A DNA stretch of 64,000 bases from the NCBI GenBank assembly GCA_951406725.2, contig OX597814.1:38688001-38752000 (forward strand). Reading direction: 5' to 3'. This DNA comes from Octopus vulgaris (taxonomy: Eukaryota). Positions 26,900 through 39,902 of the stretch are shown here, piece after piece. Positions within the stretch are counted from its first letter, which is position 1. Every line of letters starts with the position of its first letter. The notes beneath the pieces were generated by a model. The model was not told the origin of the DNA and did not search any database. It saw nothing but the letters and a program-made list of their open reading frames with translations. The position numbers and the translations under genes were made by a program.

Positions 26900-27117
26900 A
26901 TGGTTTCAGATTTTGTGAAAAAGCCAGCAATTTTGGTGGAGTATTTAATGCAATCATAGCGACAGCAGTAATTGAGTGCTACTTATTTTTATTCATACTG
27001 GAAGATGGAAAGGCAAAGTCGACCTCGGCGGAATTTCTACTCAGAACATAAAGACAGACGAAATGCCGCTAAGCTCTTCACCCGGCGTGGTAACGATTCT
27101 GCCACTTTGTCGCCTTA
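26900..27117 (-). mobile_element. SINE family B copy
   Basis: ggcaaagtcgacctcggcggaattt...gacgaaatgccgctaagc...cccggcgtggtaacgattctgcca. Confidence 0.8.
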
Positions 27118-28217
27118 ATTTGATTATTAATATTAATGATACATTTTTACAGAAAACAAAGTCTACACACTCATAAGATTTAATGTAAATGTGTGGATCT
27201 GAGTTCACACCATTTCGGTTGAATTTAAGCTTATAATTTTGAGATTGTCCACGTGAATTTAGTTCCATATTTTGTAGGAAAGAACTAGGTGAATAAGAAT
27301 TTAAAATCTAAATGGATATGGTTTATTTGTAAAATGAAATTTTGATGCGAATTTACGTTATTCATATTTAATGATAATGCTTTCCAATCCATAGAATTAA
27401 AAATTGGACATCTTGTGAGAGAGATTATTCGGACTATATCCGCTGTATTTTCTCTTGTTGAAGTACATTTGCCAGATAAGCAACTATTTAGGTGATCCTA
27501 CTAAATAGGAGAAACATAATGAGACGTTGACAGATAAGAGCCACGTTAAAATCTAACACATGCAGTCGAAAATTGTCGTTATTTTAATTTTACATTTCCA
27601 TGTTGATGGCATGCTATTCGAATATTTCAATTGAGTTAATAGACAAACACATACTAAGATAAATAAATACGATATATTTATACATCATATTAAATATAAT
27701 AACATGTAGCTAGGCCTCACTGCGCAGTAAAATGATAGATATATGTCTATGGAAACGTTAGAAAATAACTTCCAACTTCAGGAAATTTACTTACTGCTAT
27801 TGATGCAACAGCCCATAAAAATGCATTTTAATCTTCTTTTTACTTTCATATGCTAAGTGCCTTTCCACAAACCAGCATAAATATCACGATTATCCATTGT
27901 TATCCATTTGTCGTGACTTGCCTTCTCAGTGGTAGACATCACAAATAAATTGTTAAAATAAATTGTTAAATTATATACATAGATTATTGTGTTTTGAAAT
28001 AACAAAAAAATTAAACGGATACAAACACAGACACATATACCTACTTGCATACATGCATATAAATACACACAAAAACACGCACATATACAAATACGTACAA
28101 ACACATATCTATATAAAATACATGTACATATGAATATAAACATTTATATCGATATATTTATGTGTATACGAACATATATCTGTGGGTGCATGCATATGTG
28201 CGCACACACACACACAC

Positions 28218-28289
<72 letters not shown>

Positions 28290-30729
28290 CTGTGCGTGCA
28301 TATACATATATATATAAATATATATATATGCATATATATATATAATATACGTATATACATATATATTTACAAACAATCACGCACACACACACAGGTATAC
28401 ATATATATACGCATTTACATATATATATATACACACGAAAGGATGAAGACGACACTTTTTCCTTTTTTGTTTCTTATCTTCTCAGTAAAAGGAAATTATT
28501 ACTAAATCCTGAAAAATGCAATAGACGAAACCAGATGGATGGTAAACACGAAAATAATTGTTAAACACTAAAAAAATTTCAGATATTATGTTATGAATAA
28601 AATGCATGTTGAAGAAACACTAAGACACGCATCCATGTATGTGTACTTGTGTGGTGAGAATGCACACCTAACTAGACACAGGCACACATTCTTATATCAC
28701 TGTTTGCAAGCATTTGTTGTTTGGCTGCGCACACGCGGAATCATGTTGACGTTCATATTTACCTTAGATATTAACGAATGTATCGGCATGGAATTTCACA
28801 TTCGCTAATATATTTTTCTGACGCAATATTAAATTTCAGCAAAATGACAAAAATATTCGACTGAATGTAAATAATATCAGCGGTAACAACAAGTATGATA
28901 ATAATATTGATGGTGATGATACAATTGACGATTATGCTGATGTTGATGAATACTGACACTAATAATAACAATTGTGTGGTGCAGGTGGGGGAATTAGATA
29001 GGTATGTCAAAGGACGACATAAACGAATAAGAGTCATGACTGTTTGCAATGGATTTAAAATACAAAATTGAAACAAATGTTTCAATAAACGAATTTCAAT
29101 ATTTGTCATGTTATACGTGTTATTGTTTCTTATTCTGTCGTTTATGACTCAATTGCAAAGTGTTCACTTTTTTTTTATATTTAAATACTAAAAATATTAC
29201 GTGGCAAAGTTTAACTATCGCTTTACTCGAACTGTCATGATATATATCGGATATTTTTTTTTTCTGCACAGACGCAACTAAAGAAATATAAGAAAGTAAA
29301 CAAATTATCGTGAACTTAGAAAGAAAAATTTACTTATGTGTGGCATGTCGAGAGATATGAATTTGATTTGCATCCATTGAATTATGTATCCTGAATTGTT
29401 GATGAATTTTTGATTAATTATTTATTGTTTAGCTATTCCAATTATTTCCGCTATATCTGTACATTAGCTGTATTAATATCCCACATTGGTATACTACTAA
29501 TTCTAGATTTGAATATATTGATATATTTTCGAAAACTTTTCTCACATATATTTTTGTCAGAATCTAATAGTAAACTAAAAATTATTTCAGTTGCGCCTTA
29601 GTAATATCATGAATAATGACATTCGAATATTTCGCTCTGATTTTCCCATGAAAAATATTAATTATTTGCCTTGTGATGTTAACATGATTACCGTCTCGAG
29701 CTATTAACCGCATATTAAAAGATGAAAGAGTTTTAATATTTACATTTACACAATGCCTTTTCTTTTGGATGTAGGTATAGTACCAGACTTAATTTGAACC
29801 ACGTATGTTTATATTTAGACTAACGCTTTTATCCACGTGGACACTCACTGAATTATAGACTGTGTAGATGTAAAGCAGTATAGATGTATTTATGAATAGA
29901 ATTTTGATATCAAAATACGAAGTCAATAATCCGAAGTATGTTAATTTGTGTACCAGACTATTGTGATTTATTTCATGTCTCATATGAATGATTAGTGGTC
30001 CAATATTGAATAATGAATATAAACAGCTATTTGGTCATGACAATGTGCATAATCTGATTCGGTGAAGATTAGACAGTTATAGAAACAACAATCTGACATC
30101 CACTAAATAATCTACGTTTACTGTCTCCAAATTAGTTGGGGACATTTTAGGAGGAGATTTTGTAAGAAATTTTTGTTCTTGTACGAGAATTAATTCCAAG
30201 TAATTTATCAGAATTTTTAACTTGCGTTGGTGAGTTATTTTAGCTATACATTCATATTCACTTCCTCCAAACTGATCTTACTGTATTATGCTAATGTATA
30301 ATGTATTTTGCTGGCACATTTAAAATATATCTTCCATTGCTTAGCTTACAGAATAATTGTTTCCCTTATAGTCGGTAGAGCCTTTATTTTCAACCACAAC
30401 TATGTCTCAGTTCTACAAAATCTCTACTGATTTGAGCTTTCCAAATGATTTTGGGTTAACTAAGGATGAGATTGACTCGAATTCAAAGTCATGTTTCGTG
30501 TTCACATTTTTTCTTTATTGCTGGGTGTTTATGGTCGGTTTCTGGAAAATATTTATGGCTATTTTCTTGCTGTGATATGCCTATAGAATTTGATCTAGTC
30601 TCTAGAACATGAGATATGGAGTGTAAATTACTTCTAATTTCTTACAGCTAATTAATCAAAAATTTTAACCCTCGTTGGTGAGTACTTCCTAGGTATATCG
30701 GGCTACTCTTCATCTTATCGTCGTGGCAA

Positions 30730-30900
30730 TCAGTCGGTTACGACGACGTGGGTTCCAGTTGATCCGATCAACGTAATAGTCTGCTCGGGGAAATTAAAGA
30801 CATGTGTAATATTAACATAGTTCTCGGGTAGATTCAGAGTGAAACAGAGTTTGACAAGGCTGGCCCTTTCAAACACAGCTACAACAGAAACAGGAAGAAA
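30730..30900 (-). mobile_element. SINE family C 3' fragment
   Basis: tcggttacgacgacg...gaaattaa...gacaaggctggccctttc matches 6903-7075. Confidence 0.7.
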
Positions 30901-31119
30901 TAAATTCAAACAAGTGTAACATATCTTAAACACGTTCTGTTTACACTAGTATTCCCACACACACAACTCATACTTCCATACACACATACATACAAAAATA
31001 CATACATATTGACATGTTCATGTCTATCTATCCCCATATATCTATCTCTCTATCTTTATATATATATATATATATAGCGAGAGAAAGAGAGAGAGATACA
31101 CACACATATATATATATAT

Positions 31120-31176
<57 letters not shown>

Positions 31177-31214
31177 CATCACGTATACAACCACATATAT
31201 GTATTCTTTTCTTT

Positions 31215-31395
31215 TCTTTCTTTGAGTCATTTGACTGCGGCCATACCAGAGCAGTGACTTAAGTCGAGCAAATTGCCCCCTTATAAGCCTAGTAGTTATT
31301 GTATCAGTTTATTTCGACAAACCGGTAATTTACAAGGACGTAAACACACCGGAATATGCTGTTAGGCGATGTAGGGGAAACAAACACAGACACAC
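31215..31395 (-). mobile_element. SINE family A 3' half
   Basis: agtcatttgactgcggccat...gacgtaaacacacc. Confidence 0.7.
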
Positions 31396-31516
31396 AAATA
31401 TAGGCACACACAAACATATATACGTATACAGTTCTATATTTAAGAGGTGAGGAATTGTGTACCTTATTTACATTACTTACATTTGACGATTATTTGTCCT
31501 CATCTTGTATGTTGTT

Positions 31517-31564
31517 AACGCAACGTTTCGGCTGATATACCCTCCTGCATTCATCAGGTGTGTT
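31517..31564 (-). ncRNA. Minimal type I hammerhead ribozyme motif (PLE type)
   Basis: AACACAC-CTGATGA-A-TGCAGGAGGGTATATCAGCC-GAAAC-GTT-GCGTT; intact CUGAUGA/GAAA core, stem II partly mutated. Confidence 0.75.
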
Positions 31565-31622
31565 GAGGAAATTTCTATCCTGGGTTCTCATTCCTAAGGT
31601 ATTTTTCGATGTTGTTGTTGTT

Positions 31623-31662
<40 letters not shown>

Positions 31663-31713
31663 GCAATAATAATAATAGTAATAATAAGAATTATTATTAT
31701 TATTAATGTCAAT

Positions 31714-31778
31714 GCCTGGAATCGAACTTGGAATTTTGAGCTAGTAGCCCGCGCTCTTAACCACTACGCCATATGCCC
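31714..31778 (-). promoter_or_regulatory. tRNA-derived Pol III internal promoter (SINE head)
   Basis: A-box TGGCGTAGTGG and B-box GTTCGATTCC at tRNA spacing; no 3' acceptor arm. Confidence 0.8.
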
Positions 31779-31860
31779 AATAATAATAATAATAATAATA
31801 ATAACACCAACAACATCGAAGAATACCTTAGAAATGAGAACCCAGGTTCAAAATTTCCCC

Positions 31861-31908
31861 AAGAAACCTGAAGAAGTCTGGAGGGTATATCAGCTGAAAC
31901 GTCGTGTT
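31861..31908 (+). ncRNA. Minimal type I hammerhead ribozyme motif (inverted copy)
   Basis: AAGAAAC-CTGAAGA-A-GTCTGGAGGGTATATCAGCT-GAAAC-GTC-GTGTT; GUC cleavage triplet. Confidence 0.72.
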
Positions 31909-31963
31909 AACAACACACTAGATAAAGACATGCATCCCTAAAATATAAATAATGTATAAATAC

Positions 31964-32011
<48 letters not shown>

Positions 32012-32029
32012 GTATGTGTGTGTAGAAGG

Positions 32030-33010
32030 TTGAAAAGGGAGGCACAAGTTGATATATAGAATAATTTTATAAAAAATATTTCAGTACCGGTTTCAGTCAT
32101 TGAGATATATTCAACTGTAAGTATGGAAATCAAATTCTGGAAAAAATTAAAAGAAAAGTTTTCTAAACGAATATTTGCATAGCATTCAAATACAAGGGGC
32201 ATTTTCCTTGTTTCTGTCTAGCTCTATCTCCCTCTTGTTTACTCTTGTGTGTTCGAGGTCATTGTGAATTCTTGGTAGAGAAGAAGAAGATGAAGGAAAA
32301 GAAGGAGAAGGAGGAGCAGAAAAAGGAGAAGGGGAAAGACAATTGAGAATAATAAAGGAATAGAGGTGGTATGATAGTAGGATGTTAAATGGTCAAGCGA
32401 CCTAAAATTGGAATCTTTTAATTGACCTAATAGTGACATGTTTTAATTTGTTCAGCTCAGCCCATTCTTTTTTGCTGAAGTTTGTTTTCAGTTTTTGTTT
32501 GTTCATATGTTGATATGGGCAATTCCAGATGTGTTTACAGAAATGATCAAGGATTTTGTTCTTATGTTTTAAGGGGGTGTAGTTACTTCTATTTCGGACC
32601 AACGATACGTCCTCGTTGTATGCGTCGTATAGCTGCTTGGCGAGTCGTCATTTTCCATAGAATTCCGCGAAGTTTTCTTTTATCTCATTGTATTTGTGAC
32701 GTTGTGGGTTGGGTGTAAACTTCAGCGATTTGGAGAGCATATTGATTTTGTTTGCTGTTAGTTCTGTCTGAGTTAGATTGATAATCTTTATCACTTTTGG
32801 TTCCTCCTGTCTGTTTGGTGCTACCTTTTCTTTCTGTGCTTGCGAATTGGGTCTAGAAAATGATTGTGGTTGTTGGGACGGTAGTTATTATGTAGTCGTT
32901 CCTTGTTATTTCGGTGTGTTCTATTGTGATTTATGGTGTGTGTTCTTGGAACGGTATTGGAAAGTGTCTCCCGATATCCCATGTTCGGATGTGGTGTTTC
33001 AGATGACCGT
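32030..33010 (-). mobile_element. Decayed Penelope-like element
   Basis: KTNFSKKEWAELNKLK.VTIR resembles the PLE pre-RT motif NLS..E..AL..LK....I.IK; hammerhead 3' half GAAAC-CG-GTA at ~32085-32095. Confidence 0.55.
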
Positions 33011-33051
33011 CTTTGTTAATATCTATCTATCTATCTATATCTATCTATATA

Positions 33052-33307
<256 letters not shown>

Positions 33308-35499
33308 AGTCATTATTTATGGTTTCATACGAAGATTTTATATCACCTATGAAATGTTTTCGCCAATTAATGTAATGCAGTACACGCTATCAATGACAAT
33401 CCTGATTTTATTTCTGGTATATCTTTTACAAACACATTTATCAATTACATCTAAATCTATATTCTAAATCCAATATGAAATAGACGCGCTAACCGCCTAA
33501 TTCTACCCTATCTTGTGACCGCATTTCTTCTCATTTAAATATGATTGTTGATGTTGTTGGAAGACAATAAGTGATTCCGGGATTGGAGTTGTTATGTATG
33601 ATTTTTGAGCCAAGGCGTACTTTAATTAATCAAAAACGCTGAATTTTTTGTGTTACAGTACCAGTATCTACCAGCTGAATGCGCTTGCATTTTTCTGTGA
33701 TATTTATTTGGGACGTTTAAAAATTTATGATGAAAATCATCGTTGAGTACCAATTTCTACAGCACTTTATTGATGCGAACGTGGCAAATAATATGAAGAC
33801 AACCTCCAAGCTATATCAGTCAATTCTTTCTCATATCAAATACCTCTGTTATTTAAAAAAGTGTACAGTAAAATATATAATTCTACATTGCCGGATTAAA
33901 TAGGATTACAATAACAGGAAATTATTTTAAGCATTACTCCTAGCTCAAACTACAGATGGTGCAAAGGAACAATGCCTATATCTTTCTTTCATTCTCTCTT
34001 TTTTTCTTTCTAGGTAATATACTAGGTGCATTGTTAATGTCACTGTCACATATCTTGGATTTTGTTTTTTGAAAGAAATGATTTAATGAAATATCAGTTG
34101 AAAATAGCAATGTGAATTCTGATCTCGAATAAATTTTATGTTGACGTAAAGAGACTGATTTGATATGCTTTGAAATTAAATTTTTCACCGCAAGAGAATT
34201 GTGTAATATCCTTTTTGTGAAATGGAAAGCGGTCACGTTAAGGGTTAACATCAATCCTCTGCAAATAACCGTTCCATTAGGACATAAAAACAATTTTATC
34301 AAATACATAGCGTACAGTTCTTTGCAAATGCGGCGAAATTTTGTTTATTTAAGTGGTAATGAATTGCTATTTGCAAAATATGAGACAGTTTTATTAATTC
34401 ATTTCCACTATACATAAAATAGTATTTGTAATCCCTATGTAAAAAACGTGTTGATGATGATGATGATCATGATCATGAGGGTGACGATGATGATAATGAC
34501 AACGATCATTAGCATTGGCACGACAACAAAGACTGTGTGTAGAGGAGTGTAAGCTGTTTATATCGAATATGTCTATTTACTGAAGTCGGACAGGCGAGAT
34601 GCATTTCCGACCAATATAGGATTTGTATTCAGAAGAGAATCGGATATAACTGGATGTCGTGCGGTATTTCTGTTTTCAAACGCTGGCATTAACAGGAAAA
34701 AATTTACGTCTTTTTTCTCTTATTTTTGCTTTTAGATTTTCATTTTTTCAAAATTCAATTAACAAAGCGATAAGTGTTAACAGAGGGCAGAATAGCAATA
34801 TAGTTAATGAAGACAGACAGCTGTCATTCTCATAAATATGATTATGATCAACAACGAAGTAGTACGGAAGCCTTGCTGCGAATATGCATAGACACAAATG
34901 CATCAAACAATAATAATAAAAATGGAATACTTCAGGAAACATGTCTTTCGAGAGTGCCACTGCTTGAATGAATAATCGTTAACAGGCAAAGAAGAAAGTG
35001 TAGGATACAAGTTTTGTTATGGCTTCAAAGGAAGAAGAAAAACCTACTCAATATTCACTCTGGCTCATACGCATGTTTAAGACTCCCATATCATTTCACG
35101 TGATCTACGGTTTGCGTATAGGCGGACATTGATTGCACAAGTAGCACGATTATATAATAGTTTTATGAAGAGAATTTATAGATGAATTAATTTGTTTACA
35201 GCTGAAACACAAAAAGTCTATTCCGTGATGATATACGTAAGGAAGATCACGATAATAAAAGTACTGTTTGATTTTCATCAGTCTTCTGTCAGAGAAATAT
35301 CCCCAGTTTTTTCAAGTATTATAGTAATGCCTTCATGATATAATTTTGGACAAAAAAAATTTTCTGTAGCAATAAAAAAGTCTAGACTGATCTTCAAACT
35401 TAAAGTATGAACCGCCATGGGAGAGAAAAAATTCCACAATGTATTTTGAAATAGAAGCATGTAACTTTCCAGGAAAAGAAATAGCATAATATTACATTT

Positions 35500-35810
35500 A
35501 CACACAGCAAACTACACCCCGAGACATATCTAAAGAATTGTCACGATTTCTATGTCAGAGATGAGAAATATTGCTTAAGTGAGGTATCTTCTTGAAGTAT
35601 ATATAATATTCCATGGTATGTCGCCAACTAGATCCGACGTCAAAAAATCATGCAGCAAAACTGTTCTACACACGTCTAACTCCCTACTCTTACGAAGCTT
35701 GTGCTTATGCTTGAATATACGAGCACAGGATAAGGCTAATGGATACAGTGAAGTACGAGGTAACAATATCATGTCTGTGAAAATACGGCGATAATTATTC
35801 ATATGACAGT
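35500..35810 (-). pseudogene. Possible Helitron Pif1-like helicase C-terminal relic
   Basis: ILLPRTSLYP (compare VLIPRI.L.P) followed by HGILYI (compare HGQLYV) on the minus strand. Confidence 0.4.
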
Positions 35811-37813
35811 AACGTTAAAAAATTACAACTGGACTGGAGTAATTGTTGCAGCGTCGGATGTTCTAACACTTCCGAGTTCAAATTTCCCTTTTATCCTTCT
35901 GATGTCGTTAAAGCATTCTAGTTATGGACTGATATTATCGACTACTTGCCCCACATTACGCCATATTAGAGTGGAATATTTGCTCAATCGTCCAAGTGTT
36001 GAAGAAATTACTTTGCAGTATTTCTTTTACGGTATGTTACAAGTCTCGCCGGTTCGAATTTGGCCTTTGATATTTCCGGGTTACCAAAATTACCAGTTAT
36101 AAACACACCTAGAAATTTCAGCTCGTTACTTTATGACAGAGATGATTATTATCAGAGAGCAGTGCATTGCATACCACGTATAGTGACCATTGCAATAGTT
36201 AACTAAGTTTTTAGATCCAATGATTAAAGCTGATTTCAGATCCATTGAAATCATACTTTTAGCATAGTGGGATATATTACACATGCCGTAGTTGTGTTGT
36301 GCCTCAGATGAAGAGTGTTTGAGTGGTCCTATAATTTTACATGTCCCCTATATTCATAGAAACATCTCTCAATGAACGATCGTTTATTCTGATTTAAGAA
36401 ATTACACAAATATCATGGTTTATAGTATTGAGGTGTGATTTAAGGAAGTTTTTGCTACGGTGTTTGCCCTTTGAGCATCCACAAAGAGGCTTAATCGAAA
36501 CATTCAACAAATTCAGTTCCATTAAAATGTGTTATTTATTGCCTACTATGCTAATCAATTATTTGCGTTGTAATCGAAATCTGATATAATTCTATAAATT
36601 TGTAAAAACAAAAGGTTTTAATTTCTAATTGTAATTTGTTTTATTTAATGTTTGTATAACAAATGCATTGTAAACCCATTTTTCTTTTATTTATTCTTAT
36701 ATATTATTCTTGGTATCTTTTGTTTTCGCTTTTGTTTTGCTATTCTATTTTTTTACAATCAAACTGATATTAAATAGCACTAAAATAAAACACGATTTAT
36801 TTTTCTCACTACAGTTTGATTTTATTAGTTTAATTAGGTGAATTTGCGTATTCTTTCGACATCTCAGCATGATATCACAATGTGTAAACTGCACAATATT
36901 GTGCACTCTCAGGAAGAGGATGTAATTATCTCGCAGGAATTGTAAATTCTAAAAATCACAACAGCTTGGATTTCATTATTCTACATATTGATTTCATTTC
37001 TTTTTTCTTTTCTAATTTTCTTCGTGTTTGCTTTTTGTTTTGTATAATCAAAACAATGCTGTTCTACCGATTACTTAATGATGAATTACATTCGACCTAT
37101 TTGCTCTATTGTAATATAACAAAATGCAGACTAGCAAAGTACATCGGTGGAAAATATAATTCATGAGTGATATGTATGAGTATTTAATGTTAGTCATGGT
37201 GTTATTACATATGCCTTCAGTCCAGAATTATACTACTTACCTGTTTCTTTACTTATTAATATATGCGTTATATATAATATTTCTCATTGTTGCATAGTGA
37301 GAGATCTATATAAATTGAAGAACATCATATAAATACATTCCGTTCAGTTATACGTTTGTATGCCTGTGTGCGTGTCTGTCTGTATCACAGTACAATATCT
37401 TCCGCACACTACACATGAGTGAGAAAAGTATTAGAGGTGATATTATGCCCTAAATTTTGCCTCTGCTTTCCGAAATGCTTGACACAATTCGAACACACAG
37501 ACACACACACACACACGCACCTCCCACGTATATTATATCACTCTCAAAACCCAGCAGAGTGAAATGTAAGAATCAATAAAATGATAGAACAAAATAGAGA
37601 GGGGACATAAATGTTATTTTCATATGCTTTAAGATTATACACATTAGAAATGCATAATGCCTTAAGGCATAACTAGATATTTAAAATCTAAAGCAAATAG
37701 GTGATATTGGAATAAATCTTACCTATCTATCCCTTCATCCTTACATCATTTCCTCTCTCACATCCAATATCTATATACTTATACCCCCCACATATATATA
37801 TATATATAATGTG

Positions 37814-37862
<49 letters not shown>

Positions 37863-38009
37863 ATCATATCAAAGGTAAATGGAAATCAATTAAAATTTTC
37901 ACTTCCAGTGGTCTAACGTGTAAAAGTTTAGTCCAAAGACTATGTATTAGCCATAAAATACAGTGTACATTTAAACATATGAGGAATCCATTTGTGGGAT
38001 TCATCACGC

Positions 38010-38441
38010 TAGAAAGACCAGCTAGGTTCTATAACCATAAAATTAGGGATAAAATTCGTCAGGAACGAAATGAAAATACAAAAATATTTTACAATCTAGT
38101 TTCCTGGACCAATTGGTTTATGATTTTAGTTTAGCAAGTAAACGAATAACATATACGTGCTAGGTGAAATCGTCTTCAGTAGGAACACCTAGGTTTAAAC
38201 GTGCCTTTTGTTCATACATCCTAATTTTTCAAAATCTAATGCGCAGCCGCAGCCCTTTGCCAGCAATAACAAATGCCAACTGTTCACCTAGCGAGTATAT
38301 GTTATCCATTTACTTGCTCAACTGAAATCAGAAACCAATTAGTCCAGGAAACTAGATGGTAAAATGTTTTTATTCTTACATTTCGTTTCTGTCGAAATTT
38401 ATCCCTAATTTTGTGGTTATAGAACCTAGCTGGTCTTTCTA
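38010..38441. repeat. Fold-back: ~160-bp inverted arms (38010-38168 / 38283-38441)
   Basis: Arms are reverse complements; the same peptide LERPARFYNHKIRDK appears in ORFs on opposite strands. Confidence 0.92.
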
Positions 38442-38506
38442 ATCGATTATGTTTCTCCCCCAAAATGTCCATTCTCGAGTAGAAAACAATACACACACAC
38501 ACACAC

Positions 38507-38578
<72 letters not shown>

Positions 38579-38975
38579 GCGACAGCGTTCTTTCAGTGTC
38601 TGTTCACCAAATCCACTCACAGGGATTTGGCCGGCCCAAGGTTATAGTAGAAGACAATAGCCCATGGCGCCACGCAGTAGAACTGAACCTGGAAGAATGT
38701 GGTTGGGAAGTAAGCTTGTTACCACGCTGACACTCCTGCGTCTACATATATAATCTTAATTTTCTGTCTTGCTTTTCTTATACAGTAGGCTGTAGTCATG
38801 TAGGTGTACAACCGGGAGAAACGCCAGTCAAATCATTCGATTTTTTCTGTTTTTTAATATTCTTAATCCAGTTACGTCTTCTATCGTATCTTTTGCCGAC
38901 ATACCATGTTACAATTACGTAAACAAATCAACACCGGATATAAAGCGGTGGAGAATGACAAACACAGACACAAAA
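38579..38975 (-). mobile_element. SINE family A pieces (5' half then a decayed 3' half)
   Basis: ctttcagt...ccaaatccactcacagg...tagaagaca...actcctgcg. Confidence 0.7.
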
Positions 38976-39379
38976 TTACACGTAGATTTGATCTACATCT
39001 TTGTATACATCATTCACATAACAAGACTTGGAACTCTCTTGCTCAAAATGAACGTCTTAAGTATACAACTATCCCCGGCAGCTCAAATGGGTAATATACA
39101 ACTTTAATTTTATATTTAGAGTACACTATACGATGAGAATTTTCTAAATATAAATATATTTAAATGAGAATCACGAATACCAAGAAGAAAATAATTCATA
39201 ATTCTTGGGAATATTTGGGAGTATTAAAATAGATCAATTACTTGTTACACAGAAATAATGCATATATAACCGAATTTTCCTATGCTTTCTCTGTTGTATA
39301 TGTGACTAAGCATGGCTTTAAGAATTTCGAGTGACCTTCAGTTAGATTCTATGCTCCATAATGAGGGAAGAGGCTGACG

Positions 39380-39902
39380 GGTTTCATCAATGATATCACT
39401 TCACTAGTCTGTATGTTATCGATACCGAAAGATTGAAATCTAAGTCGACTAAGACTGGATTTGAAATCAGAATTTAAAACCGGAAGAAATTTAGCGTAAC
39501 ATATCGGTTTCAAATTGTTCCTCAAGTCTAGAAGGTCGGTGGTAGGGGTATGTTGATCAATTTTAGCCCCTTGTGGGTAATACAGAAACAGGTATGTTGA
39601 TCAACTCGGCCCCGGTGCTCAACTAATGCTTATTTTATCGACCCCGAAACGTTTACTGCCAGCTCACCACATAATTTAGCTTAATATATTGGCTTCGGAT
39701 TTTGACACATAGCCAAATATTCCGGGTGAAGGAGTAAGTCCATTATATCAATCCCAGGGTTAAACTAATAATTACTTCATCGACCGTGAAAAAATCAAAG
39801 GGTAAGTCAGCCTCGGTGAAATTTCAACTCACAACCTAAAGGTGGACGTAATGCCACTAAGAATTTTCTTCGACATTCTAATAGTTTTGCCTGCTCACCG
39901 CT
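39380..39902 (-). mobile_element. Cluster of decayed SINE family B copies
   Basis: tttatcgaccccgaaa, cctcggtgaaatttcaactc, tgccagctcacc. Confidence 0.6.

Larger units (their letters stand above)
31429..31955 (-). mobile_element. Fold-back element: tRNA-derived head + (AAT)n + hammerhead-bearing pLTR-like body, with an inverted partial copy
   Basis: Arms ~31470-31620 and ~31805-31955 are reverse complements; tRNA-like head at 31714-31778 on the minus strand. Confidence 0.8.

Noticed and set aside
31714-31778. Functional tRNA gene
   Set aside because: Has A and B boxes but no 3' acceptor stem and an irregular anticodon arm; treated as a SINE head.
38010-38441. Hammerhead in the 38 kb fold-back (CTGACGA...GAACC...GGTC)
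   Set aside because: GAAA box incomplete and no convincing stem I or II; kept only as a fold-back.
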